From: an uncultured Eubacteriales bacterium
GTDB lineage: Bacteria; Bacillota; Clostridia; Oscillospirales; CAG-272
Assembly (NCBI GenBank): GCA_900549725.1
Contig: URPL01000021.1
Location: 1-27,103 of the forward strand
Reading direction: 5' to 3'
Length of the DNA stretch: 27,103 bases
This document shows, one piece after another, positions 8,597 to 16,629 of the stretch. The notes beneath the pieces were generated by a model. The model was not told the DNA's origin. It ran no database searches and saw only the letters and a program-made list of their open reading frames with translations. Each line of letters starts with the position of its first letter. Position 1 is the stretch's first letter. The position numbers and the translations under genes are program-made.

Positions 8597-9148
8597 TCAA
8601 CCCCAAATATCCTCTTCGGGGCGGCGGATATCGGTCAGAAGATAATGCTCCCATAAAAGCCATCTGCCGTCTTTTTTGCGTCGCAGGCGGATAGGCCGCG
8701 GCGTATCCGCGCCGCCGCTGCGGATATAGAGCCTTGCATACCCCGGCTCCGCATCCGCAACCTGCCCGCGGAAAACCGTCAACAGAAACGGATGGTTCGG
8801 CGTATAGCGGTTTTCCGGTACGGCGCCCGCAAAATAAGAAAAAGGCAAATAGGTTTTTCCGCCGCGAAAGCGATCGCGCAGAAAAGAAAGCTCCATGCCG
8901 TTAAGCGGGCGCGGGCCGCGCAGCCAATTCAGCATTTCAATGCCCGTCGGCGCGTCGGTGGTATAAACGCACAGCGCAAGCACGGTTAAGGCTGCCGCGT
9001 CAAACGAAGTGCGCAGGGCAGCCTGCGGCAGCGCGGTAAGTGCCGAGAGGCTGTCGGGTAATGCGTCAAAAGAAAAGGTCATTTCGCCGACATCCGCCGC
9101 GTCGGCGGATGCTGCATCAAGGGATGAGAGAATGCCGTTGTCAGTCAT
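8597..9148 (-). CDS. Hypothetical protein (183 aa), last gene of the SPFH/TPM operon. It has an Ala/Asp/Ser-rich N-terminus and a basic C-terminus.
   Basis: The ATG at 9148 begins MTDNGILSSL and is preceded by AAAGGGGAAA. The longer ORF-track version overlaps the TPM gene in another frame and is rejected. I recognise no family. Confidence 0.55.
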   Translation of the reverse strand: MTDNGILSSLDAASADAADVGEMTFSFDALPDSLSALTALPQAALRTSFDAAALTVLALCVYTTDAPTGIEMLNWLRGPRPLNGMELSFLRDRFRGGKTYLPFSYFAGAVPENRYTPNHPFLLTVFRGQVADAEPGYARLYIRSGGADTPRPIRLRRKKDGRWLLWEHYLLTDIRRPEEDIWG

Positions 9149-9189
9149 TGCCGTTTCCCCTTTATTGAATTTTCGTATTACTGATTTGC

Positions 9190-10080
9190 TCAGAAGCTGC
9201 CGCCACCGCCGCCGTGCGTTGTGCCGGAGGATGAGGTGTGCGTGCTGCTGCCGCCGTCGGAGCTTTCCGTTTCCTTCGGCTTTGCAATTCGGTTTACCGT
9301 GCGATATAAGAACAGATCCCGGCTCTGCGTGACAACAAGGCTGTCCTTGCGAACATAATCGTCCGCAGCGCTCTTGCGCTGTACGGTTTTCAGCTTGGCT
9401 TTCATCGAGCCGACCACCATCAAAGCAATCAAAAAGCCCGCAAGCAAAGAGAGCGGAAGCCAAATGAACGAAAAAGGGGCACGGGGGAGGTTTTCCGTAT
9501 CATACGGGGTACCGTTTCTCGCTTCGGTGACATAATTCTCCGAAAGCGAAATAAATTTCCGAAATGCCTCGGCATAGTCTCCGTCGGAAAGATACGGCTT
9601 GATTTGTTCGCCGGCATATTCAATGCCTGCGTCCGTGAAAGCGGTAATGCCGTAACCCGTGGTGGAGATATACCAGCCGCGGTTTTCGGTCATATGAATC
9701 AAAAGAAGCACACCGTCGTGCTTATCACCGACGCCATAGCCGTTCTCATCATAAAAATCATCGGCGAATTCCGTCGGTGTTTTTCCGTCAAGATCGGTTA
9801 CGGTAACAATCACCGTGGTAAATTGCATATTTTCCTGTGCAGCGTGAAGCGCATCGGAAATTTCCTTTGCCTCGTCTGTGCTTAAAAGGGAGGCTTCATC
9901 CACCAAAAGCGGGGCTGGCATGGCGCAAACAATATCGCCCGCGGTATCAAGTGCAAACCCGTCGGAATCGCTGACCCCTTCCCCGTTTTCAAGGGGATCG
10001 GGCGTGTCGGCAAAAGCGGGCACTGTGCAAAAGAGAAGCAGCACCAAAGAGAAAGCCAATGCAAAAATTCGTTTTTTCAT
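9190..10080 (-). CDS. TPM-domain protein (TLP18.3/Psb32/MOLO-1 phosphatase-like; YdjH/YgcG-like)
   Basis: A cleavable signal peptide (MKKRIFALAFSLVLLLFCTVPAFA) and a TPM core. A single TM helix (FIWLPLSLLAGFLIALMVV) and a Gly/Ser/Thr-rich C-tail (SSTHTSSSGTTHGGGGGSF) follow. AAGGAGG lies 7 nt upstream. Confidence 0.8.
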   Translation of the reverse strand: MKKRIFALAFSLVLLLFCTVPAFADTPDPLENGEGVSDSDGFALDTAGDIVCAMPAPLLVDEASLLSTDEAKEISDALHAAQENMQFTTVIVTVTDLDGKTPTEFADDFYDENGYGVGDKHDGVLLLIHMTENRGWYISTTGYGITAFTDAGIEYAGEQIKPYLSDGDYAEAFRKFISLSENYVTEARNGTPYDTENLPRAPFSFIWLPLSLLAGFLIALMVVGSMKAKLKTVQRKSAADDYVRKDSLVVTQSRDLFLYRTVNRIAKPKETESSDGGSSTHTSSSGTTHGGGGGSF

Positions 10081-10092
10081 GGTGTCGCCTCC

Positions 10093-11187
10093 TTACAGAA
10101 TCCCGCCGAGATACAAAAGCCAGCACAGCCCGTAGCACACAGCGCCGATCGCCGCGGTGAGCCCGAGCGTCCAAAGCCTTGCCGCCTTTTTATCCACGGG
10201 CAGATTGCCGACAAATTTACCGGTCTGCCCGTTCATGGCAAAAGTATATTGCTTGCCGTTCCAGGTAGTGTTGAGCAGCCAGACCGGAAAAAGCGCATAC
10301 TTTGTTTTTCCGTTTTGCAGCACAACGGAGCTGCTCTCCGGCGTTACCGTGGAATAGCCCTCTACTGTTGCGGCAAACGCCTGCTCGGTTGACTTTTTAA
10401 TGCGTTCGTTGGCGCGCTCAATGCTTTGCTCGGCGTCCACATCGTATTTGTCCGCAACATAGCCGGCAAGATATGCCGTTGCAAAATCAACCGCTTCGGA
10501 AAAATCATACGGCTCGATCGATTCCATCAGATCGTCCGCCATTTTCTGTGAGCCGTCGACCGGGACATGCTCAAACGCGAGGCTGCCGGCGCGGTGCACC
10601 ATAAAATAGTCGGTTTCCGTATAGTCGTAGTCCTTGTCGCTCCAGCAGCGCACGGTCGTTGCACGATAACGAATTTTTGCATCCGCTTCAGAATCAAACA
10701 GCCAAAACGGAACATACACGCCCTTGATCTCGTCGATATGATTTTCGTCCTTGAAAATTTTCGGAAGAAGGCGCTTCTTAGCGATATAATTCTGCAGCCC
10801 CTGCTTTGCCGCCTTTTTGTCAAGCCGAAACGGAATCACATAATCCGGGCGCAGCGTGCCGCTGAACTGCTCTGCCATAACGACGGGATTGCCGCAAAAC
10901 GGGCAGGCGGTTGCCGCAAGAGTGTCATCCCCGACAATTTCGCCCCCGCAGGATTTGCAAATATAGGAATGCAGCTGTGATTTTTCTTCCTCGCTCCACT
11001 GCGTGCCGGCATCCGTCTGCCAACGCATTTCATCGGGCGTTTCCTCTTTGAGCGCCTCGTCATATCCCTGCAGCGCTTCCATTTCAAATTCCGTATCGCA
11101 AAACGGACATTTCATCTTCTGCAGTGCCGGGTCGAATGCAATCGCGCCGCCGCAGCAGGGGCATTTATATTCCAAAAGCTCCGCCAT
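10093..11187 (-). CDS. Zinc-ribbon membrane protein (YdjG-like): an N-terminal double CxxC ribbon pair, a soluble domain and a C-terminal TM helix
   Basis: Ribbon motifs are CPCCGG...CPFC and CKSCGG...CPFCG. A C-terminal hydrophobic helix is present (LGLTAAIGAVCYGLCWLLYLGGIL). RBS GGAGGTAGTTT-ATG. The gene lies 77 nt downstream of the SPFH gene. Confidence 0.7.
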   Translation of the reverse strand: MAELLEYKCPCCGGAIAFDPALQKMKCPFCDTEFEMEALQGYDEALKEETPDEMRWQTDAGTQWSEEEKSQLHSYICKSCGGEIVGDDTLAATACPFCGNPVVMAEQFSGTLRPDYVIPFRLDKKAAKQGLQNYIAKKRLLPKIFKDENHIDEIKGVYVPFWLFDSEADAKIRYRATTVRCWSDKDYDYTETDYFMVHRAGSLAFEHVPVDGSQKMADDLMESIEPYDFSEAVDFATAYLAGYVADKYDVDAEQSIERANERIKKSTEQAFAATVEGYSTVTPESSSVVLQNGKTKYALFPVWLLNTTWNGKQYTFAMNGQTGKFVGNLPVDKKAARLWTLGLTAAIGAVCYGLCWLLYLGGIL

Positions 11188-11264
11188 AAACTACCTCCGA
11201 AAAGTTTAGTTGAGATCAAGAAAGGGGTGCAGCCAAAAAAGCCGCGTTTGCCCCCGAAAAAATA

Positions 11265-12578
11265 TTACACGCGGTCGTTTTCGTCGAAAGGATCACCGCA
11301 CTGCGGGCAGAACTTCGGCGCATCGGACGGATCCTGCGGAGTCCAGCCGCACTTATTGCAGCGGTATCTTGCAGGCGCTTCCGGCTTTTTCGCGCCGCAG
11401 TTCTGACAGAAATTTCCGCTGTTCTCCGTGCCGCAGCTGCATTTCCAAACGCCCTGCTGCGGTTTCTTCGTGCCGCACTGCGGGCAGAAATTGCCGCTTA
11501 CCACAGCTCCGCAGCTGCATTTCCAGCCATCCTGCGGCTGTGCGGAAGCCGGCTGCTGTTGTTGCGGCTGCTGCCCCATGGCATATAGATTCCGTGCATT
11601 CATGCCGCCGCCGGCATTCATCGCCATGCCCATGCCCATAAAGCCGGTCATTGCACCGTTTTCGTTTGCGGCAGCCGCCTTCATTGCATCTGCCTGTGCG
11701 CCGACCAGCGTTGCGGCAGCCATCGTCGGGTCACGCATGATTGCAGTGCGCTGTGCCTGCTTGATCATCTCTGCGTCTTCCTCCGGCAGAGTGACAGAGC
11801 CGAGCGCCACGCTGACGACCTGCAGCCCGCGCAGCTCGCCCCATTTTGCGCTGAGGGCTTCATTCATTGCCTGTTCCAGCTCTGTATTGTGTGTCACAAT
11901 CTGATTGGGGCGCAGCTCCATCTCGGAGAGACGGCCGAATGCAGGCTGCAGCGCACTGATAAATTCCGTTTTCAGCTGGGAATCCAGCGTGTCGCGCGTG
12001 TATTCTTTTTCCACATTGCCGCACACATTGGTATAGAACAGGATCGGGTCCGCAATTTTATAGGAATATACACCAGAGCAGCGCACGGAAACATCCACAT
12101 CAAGACCGATCTTTGAATCCACCACGCGGAACGGAATGGGGTTGGGCGTGCCGAATTTGTTATCAATGAGCTCCTTGGTGTTGAAATAGTATACGCGCTG
12201 ATCCTTGGCGGTATCACCGCCGTAGGTAAAGCGGCGGCCGAGCGTTTTAAAGCTTTCTAAAATCGAAGAGCCGAGATTGCCTGCAAAAATACTCGGTTCG
12301 GAGGAAGAGTCATAGGTAAATTCACCCGGCTCCGCACACACCTCAACCACCTTGCCCTGCTCAACGATGATCATGCATTGACCGTCCGCTACGGCAATCC
12401 CGGAACCGTTTGAGATAATGTTATCGCTGCCCTTTGTGTTGGAGGAGCGATTGCCGACCCGTTTTTGCCCTTTGACCACAAGCATATCGTGATCCAGCGC
12501 TTCACAATAGAAAAATTCCTTCCATTGATCCGCAAGGGTTGAGCCGAGTGCGCCGATACCGGCTTTGATAAGTCCCAT
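11265..12578 (-). CDS. SPFH/band-7 domain protein (YdjI / 'virion core protein'-like) with a C-terminal low-complexity linker and three zinc-ribbon motifs
   Basis: An SPFH-like body forms the N-terminal 300 aa. A Met/Gly/Ala/Gln-rich linker follows (GFMGMGMAMNAGGGMN...QQPQQQQP). Two tandem 26-aa zinc ribbons (WKCSCG...NFCPQCG, WKCSCG...NFCQNCG) and a third (YRCNKCG...FCPQCG) end the protein. RBS AAAGGAGATAAAC-ATG. Confidence 0.8.
   Translation of the reverse strand: MGLIKAGIGALGSTLADQWKEFFYCEALDHDMLVVKGQKRVGNRSSNTKGSDNIISNGSGIAVADGQCMIIVEQGKVVEVCAEPGEFTYDSSSEPSIFAGNLGSSILESFKTLGRRFTYGGDTAKDQRVYYFNTKELIDNKFGTPNPIPFRVVDSKIGLDVDVSVRCSGVYSYKIADPILFYTNVCGNVEKEYTRDTLDSQLKTEFISALQPAFGRLSEMELRPNQIVTHNTELEQAMNEALSAKWGELRGLQVVSVALGSVTLPEEDAEMIKQAQRTAIMRDPTMAAATLVGAQADAMKAAAANENGAMTGFMGMGMAMNAGGGMNARNLYAMGQQPQQQQPASAQPQDGWKCSCGAVVSGNFCPQCGTKKPQQGVWKCSCGTENSGNFCQNCGAKKPEAPARYRCNKCGWTPQDPSDAPKFCPQCGDPFDENDRV
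11407..11562. repeat. Tandem imperfect ~78-nt direct repeat (x2) encoding the duplicated zinc-ribbon units of the SPFH protein
   Basis: CAGAAATTTCCGCTGTTCTCCGTGCCGCAGCTGCATTTCCAAACGCCCTG at 11407 recurs as CAGAAATTGCCGCTTACCACAGCTCCGCAGCTGCATTTCCAGCCATCCTG at 11485. The period is 78 nt, equal to 26 codons. Confidence 0.6.
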
Positions 12579-12669
12579 AGTTTATCTCCTTTCAAACGGG
12601 AAAATCCAAACTGACGCAACATGTCGGTAAAGAAAAAATCAAATTTACCTTGCGTACAGCATTGTCATT

Positions 12670-12698
12670 ATTATACAATGAAATCCGCCGTAAAGCAA
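12670..12698 (-). promoter_or_regulatory. Candidate sigma-A promoter of the SPFH operon
   Basis: On the minus strand the sequence reads TTGCTT (12693-12698), a 17-bp spacer, then TGTATAAT (hexamer at 12670-12675). This gives a 5' UTR of about 85 nt. Confidence 0.45.
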
Positions 12699-12704
12699 GT
12701 GTTT

Positions 12705-12744
12705 TTGCGAAAAAATGAGAAAACGCCCGAAAAAATACGGGCGT
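12705..12744 (-). terminator. Rho-independent terminator downstream of the flippase gene
   Basis: A 7-bp stem ACGCCCG/CGGGCGT (12723-12729 / 12738-12744) with an A-rich loop. On the minus-strand RNA the hairpin is followed by UUUUCUCAUUUUUU. Confidence 0.55.
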
Positions 12745-12766
12745 CTTTGTCCAATTTTACGGAATT

Positions 12767-14443
12767 TTACATCAGCCTGCAGCGGTGCAGCAGCGCATAA
12801 ATTTTATCGCCCTTGGGCAGAAGCATTACATCGTCCTTCTTAACGGCGCGCAGCAGCAGCAAAAGCGCAAGATACACAACCATTGCGCAGAGAATGGCGA
12901 GCAGGCAGCCGAGCTTTCCGCCAAGGAAACCCGAAATAAGCTTATAAGCACCGAGCGCACTCCCCGCGCAAGCGACAGACGCAAGCAGCGGACGAATGAA
13001 AACATCGGCAAAATTCGGTATGTTTTTCGTGTAGCGCATCATGAAATACAAATTGAACGAGGCGATCGTAAAGTAACACAGCACCGTGGAAATCGGCGTG
13101 CCGTAGATGCCGACGGAGGAGCTGCCGACGAGAATATAGCTGGATATAAGCTTGACAACGCCGCCTGCAAGCATAGACAGAATCGGTTTCTTTTCGAATT
13201 TATATGCCTGCAGTACTGCCGTGGAAATAGCAATGATGCCGATAAAAGTAACGGCAAACGCCAAAATCGAGAGCAGCGGCGCACCTGTGGCAACCTTTTC
13301 GCTGTCAAAAAGCAGGGAGAGGATCGGTGCCGAGAGCACGGAAAGCCCGAACGCGCACGGCAGCGCAATCACAAGCGCAATTTTCAGTGCCGATGTCACG
13401 ATCTTATGCGCATGCTCTTTTCCGTTTGATGCGAGCTGACCGGAGAGCAGCGGCACAATGGAATAAGAAATCGGATAAATCAGCGCAGGGGGCATATTGA
13501 ACATCGGTACCGCTAATGAGGTATAGTTGCCGTACAGGGAAACAGCTTCTTTATTGATCAAACCGATTGACATCAGGCGGCGGATCACGATCGCAGAGTC
13601 GATCATATCGGTCAGGCTCAGAACGGAGGAGCTCAGCGTTACGGGAATTGCCGTAAGGATCAGGGTTTTCGCGATGGCACGCTTGCCCTTTTGGACGGTG
13701 CATTCCGGAACGGAATCGTTGAAGATCGGTCTATAGCAAATGCGCGAAATGATTAAAAACACCATACCGAACAACACGCCCACCACAAGCCCGGTGATTG
13801 CATAGGCAGCGACAATATGAATCGGATATCCCTCTCCGCCGTTTGCAATTTCCAGAGCATAATAAGCAAAGAGAATGCCGAGCGTCAGCTTGCCGACAGC
13901 CTCGATGATCTGCGATACAGCGGTCGGGAACATATTCTGAAATCCTTGAAAATACCCGCGGATTGCGCTGGAAATACAAATGAGGAACAGCGTCGGGGCA
14001 ATCGCCATGATGCAAAATCGTGCATTCGGAGTATTTTCAAGCTTTGCAAACAGCCCCGAGCCGAAAAACATGGCGCAGGTTCCAAACAGGCCGACAATGA
14101 CAAAAATGAGAAGCGTGACATTATAAATACGCTTTGCCTCGCGCCGATTGTTGCGCACACGCGCCTCGGAGATCATGATCGAAACGGCGACGGGCAGCCC
14201 GGCAGTTGAAATCATGGAATAGGCGAGGTTAAAATACCCCATGCCCTCCTCGCCGATCATATTGGTCAGCGGGACCTTGAGCAAAAGCCCGAACAGCTTG
14301 ATCATGATATTGGAAACCGTCAGAATCAAAACGCCCGAGAAAAACAATTTTTTATTTTTTTTTGAAAACTCTGAGCCTGCGGAGGCGCTTTGTTCATTTG
14401 TTTGCGCCGCCTTCTCCGCCTTATATTCTTTCGTCTCGTTCAT
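12767..14443 (-). CDS. MOP-superfamily polysaccharide/lipid-II flippase (MurJ/SpoVB/Wzx-like), 558 aa
   Basis: About 14 predicted TM helices and a polar Lys-rich N-terminus. The family size and topology fit. RBS GGGGGAA plus 10 nt before the ATG at 14443. The gene lies 19 nt downstream of the deaminase gene. Confidence 0.75.
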   Translation of the reverse strand: MNETKEYKAEKAAQTNEQSASAGSEFSKKNKKLFFSGVLILTVSNIMIKLFGLLLKVPLTNMIGEEGMGYFNLAYSMISTAGLPVAVSIMISEARVRNNRREAKRIYNVTLLIFVIVGLFGTCAMFFGSGLFAKLENTPNARFCIMAIAPTLFLICISSAIRGYFQGFQNMFPTAVSQIIEAVGKLTLGILFAYYALEIANGGEGYPIHIVAAYAITGLVVGVLFGMVFLIISRICYRPIFNDSVPECTVQKGKRAIAKTLILTAIPVTLSSSVLSLTDMIDSAIVIRRLMSIGLINKEAVSLYGNYTSLAVPMFNMPPALIYPISYSIVPLLSGQLASNGKEHAHKIVTSALKIALVIALPCAFGLSVLSAPILSLLFDSEKVATGAPLLSILAFAVTFIGIIAISTAVLQAYKFEKKPILSMLAGGVVKLISSYILVGSSSVGIYGTPISTVLCYFTIASFNLYFMMRYTKNIPNFADVFIRPLLASVACAGSALGAYKLISGFLGGKLGCLLAILCAMVVYLALLLLLRAVKKDDVMLLPKGDKIYALLHRCRLM

Positions 14444-14462
14444 GAATTGTTTTTCCCCCGCC

Positions 14463-15758
14463 TTATCTTGTAAAATAGGTGGCGACGATTTCCGAAAATT
14501 CCGCTTTCAGCCGCTCAATATCAATCGTTGGATATGTGCCGTTTTCATAAAGAATTTTGCCGTCCGCCACGGTCATACACACCGCACGCGAATCCGCGGC
14601 ATATACCACCGCCGTTGCGGCATCGTAAATCGGCTGCATGCCGATGTCGGACAGATCCAGCATGCAAAAATCCGCACGCATTCCCTCACGCAGCGCACCG
14701 CAATCCTCGCGCCCCTGGGCAAGCGCGCCGGCGCGGGTCGCCATATGCAGAAAGTCCGCCGCATGCATGGTATCGCAAACGCCGTCTCTTCCTTTTTGCA
14801 ACAGCGCCGCAAAATTCATCTCGCGCAAAATATCAAGATGGTTATTGGAGGCGGCACCATCCGTGCCGAGGGTGACTGGAACGCCGGCAGCAAACAACGC
14901 CGACAGGGGCATGATCCCGCTGCCGAGCTTGAGATTGCTCACGGGGTTGTGAACCGCCGTCACACCGTCCTCTTTGAGCAGCGCAATATCGTGCTCCGTC
15001 AGGTGCACGCAGTGTGCGGCAACAGTACGCGCCTTGAATACACCGAGGGAATGGAAAAACTCAGCCGGAGTCTTTCCGTGGCGCTCTATGCATTCGCGCT
15101 GTTCCTTTGCGGTTTCCGACAAATGCATCTGCAAAATCAACCCCTGCTCCGCCGCATATTCCGCAACCCAGCGGCAGGCACTTGGCGTCATGGTATATTC
15201 CGCATGAATCGCCATATCAATTTTTATTCTGCCGTCGCAGGCATTATGCCATGCACGGTGCAGCGCTTTTGCCTGAGCAAAGCGATAATCTCGCTCGGCT
15301 GTCATATTCGGGTCGAAACAGGAAATTGCACGGCTGATATTCGCCTTCATGCCGAGCGCTTCCACCGCCCTTGCGGTCTGCTCGCAGAAGAAATACATAT
15401 CCGAAAAGCTCACCACGCCGCAGCGCAGCATCTCGGCGCCCGCTAAAAGCGACGCCGCATAAACCGCTTCGTCGTAAAGCCGATCCTCTGCCGGAAAAAT
15501 TCGCTCATTCAGCCAACGGTGCAGCGGCAGGTCTTCGCCGTATCCGCGAAAGAGCGTCATGGCGGCATGCGTATGTAAATTATAAAAGGCGGGAAGCAGC
15601 GCTTTGCCGCGTCCGTCGATCACACGGTCGGCATCGGGCGCGGTTTTGCCCGTGTCATAAACAGCGACGATTTTGACTCCGTCCGTCAAAAGGTCGGCAT
15701 GGGGTTTCACCGTGCCGTCATGATCTAAAAGGGTGATATCCCGAAACAAAAGCTTCAT
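14463..15758 (-). CDS. mtaD: Amidohydrolase-superfamily 5'-methylthioadenosine/S-adenosylhomocysteine (5'-deoxyadenosine) deaminase
   Basis: Metal-binding HxH (NLHTHAAMT), an HLSE motif (QMHLSETAKE), a downstream His (AAHCVHLTE) and an Asp motif (TLGTDGAASNN). It is collinear with MtaD/DadD-type chlorohydrolases. The ATG at 15758 follows GGGAG and overlaps the stop of the upstream PNP gene (ATGA). The track's N-terminal extension is spurious. Confidence 0.85.
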   Translation of the reverse strand: MKLLFRDITLLDHDGTVKPHADLLTDGVKIVAVYDTGKTAPDADRVIDGRGKALLPAFYNLHTHAAMTLFRGYGEDLPLHRWLNERIFPAEDRLYDEAVYAASLLAGAEMLRCGVVSFSDMYFFCEQTARAVEALGMKANISRAISCFDPNMTAERDYRFAQAKALHRAWHNACDGRIKIDMAIHAEYTMTPSACRWVAEYAAEQGLILQMHLSETAKEQRECIERHGKTPAEFFHSLGVFKARTVAAHCVHLTEHDIALLKEDGVTAVHNPVSNLKLGSGIMPLSALFAAGVPVTLGTDGAASNNHLDILREMNFAALLQKGRDGVCDTMHAADFLHMATRAGALAQGREDCGALREGMRADFCMLDLSDIGMQPIYDAATAVVYAADSRAVCMTVADGKILYENGTYPTIDIERLKAEFSEIVATYFTR

Positions 15759-16609
15759 TTTTTGCCGTCTCCCGATTCCTGTTTTGTAATATAATGCAGC
15801 ATAGCGTCGATGAGTGCGCAGAATTTCTGCCCGTTTTCCTTTGCTGTATCCAGCACCTCCTGCTCGCTCAGGGCTTCCCCCGTGATTCCCGCAGCCATAT
15901 TGGAAACGGAGGAAACGCAGAATACGCGCATGCCGCAATGCGCCGCTTCAATCACCTCAGCGACCGTTGACATGCCGACGGCATCCGCCCCGAGCACACC
16001 GAGCGCGCGGATCTCCGCCGGCGTTTCATATTGCGGACCGGGCATGTAGGCATAAACGCCTTCGTGCAAAGTTATACCGAGCTGCGATGCGATGCGTTTT
16101 GCCTGCCGAATCCAGTCTTTATCATAAACGCTTTGCAAATCAAAAAAGCGCTGCCCGAGCGATTCCTCGTTTGCACCGCGCAGAGGCGATTCGATCGCAA
16201 GCTTGATATGATCCCGCACCGCCATGAAATCCCCCGGGGCGAAGGCACGGTTGATGCCGCCCGCCGCGTTGGTGATCACAAGCTTATCGATTCCGAGCAA
16301 ATGAAAAACAACGATCGGAAACGAGGTCTGCCACATCTCCCACCCCTCATAATAGTGAAAGCGCCCGCTCATTAAAAGCACGGGAATGCCGTCGATCGTT
16401 CCGTACAGCAGCTCGCCTTTTTGATAGCTGACGGTTGAAAGCGGAAAATTCGGAATATTTGCATACGGAATCACAATAGTTTGCTCAAGCCGTGCGCAAA
16501 GCCCGTCCAGCCCCGAGCCGAGAATCACCGCCGCACGCGGCACTTGCGGAAGCTGCGCGCGTATATACTCGGCAGCCTCGCGGTATGTTTCGATTTGAGG
16601 ACGCTGCAT
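15755..16609 (-). CDS. Purine nucleoside phosphorylase (PNP/MTAP family I), 284 aa
   Basis: PNP family motifs (ILGSGL, ITNAAGG, VGMSTVAE). The ATG at 16609 is preceded by AAAGGAGA plus 7 nt. The ORF-track extension overlaps the radical-SAM gene and is rejected. Confidence 0.85.
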   Translation of the reverse strand: MQRPQIETYREAAEYIRAQLPQVPRAAVILGSGLDGLCARLEQTIVIPYANIPNFPLSTVSYQKGELLYGTIDGIPVLLMSGRFHYYEGWEMWQTSFPIVVFHLLGIDKLVITNAAGGINRAFAPGDFMAVRDHIKLAIESPLRGANEESLGQRFFDLQSVYDKDWIRQAKRIASQLGITLHEGVYAYMPGPQYETPAEIRALGVLGADAVGMSTVAEVIEAAHCGMRVFCVSSVSNMAAGITGEALSEQEVLDTAKENGQKFCALIDAMLHYITKQESGDGKK

Positions 16610-16629
16610 ATTGCATTCTCCTTTGTTTT

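Noticed and set aside
14241-15446. 401-aa plus-strand ORF across the flippase/mtaD junction
   Set aside because: It is antisense to two well-supported minus-strand genes. It has no RBS and a low-complexity Arg-rich product.
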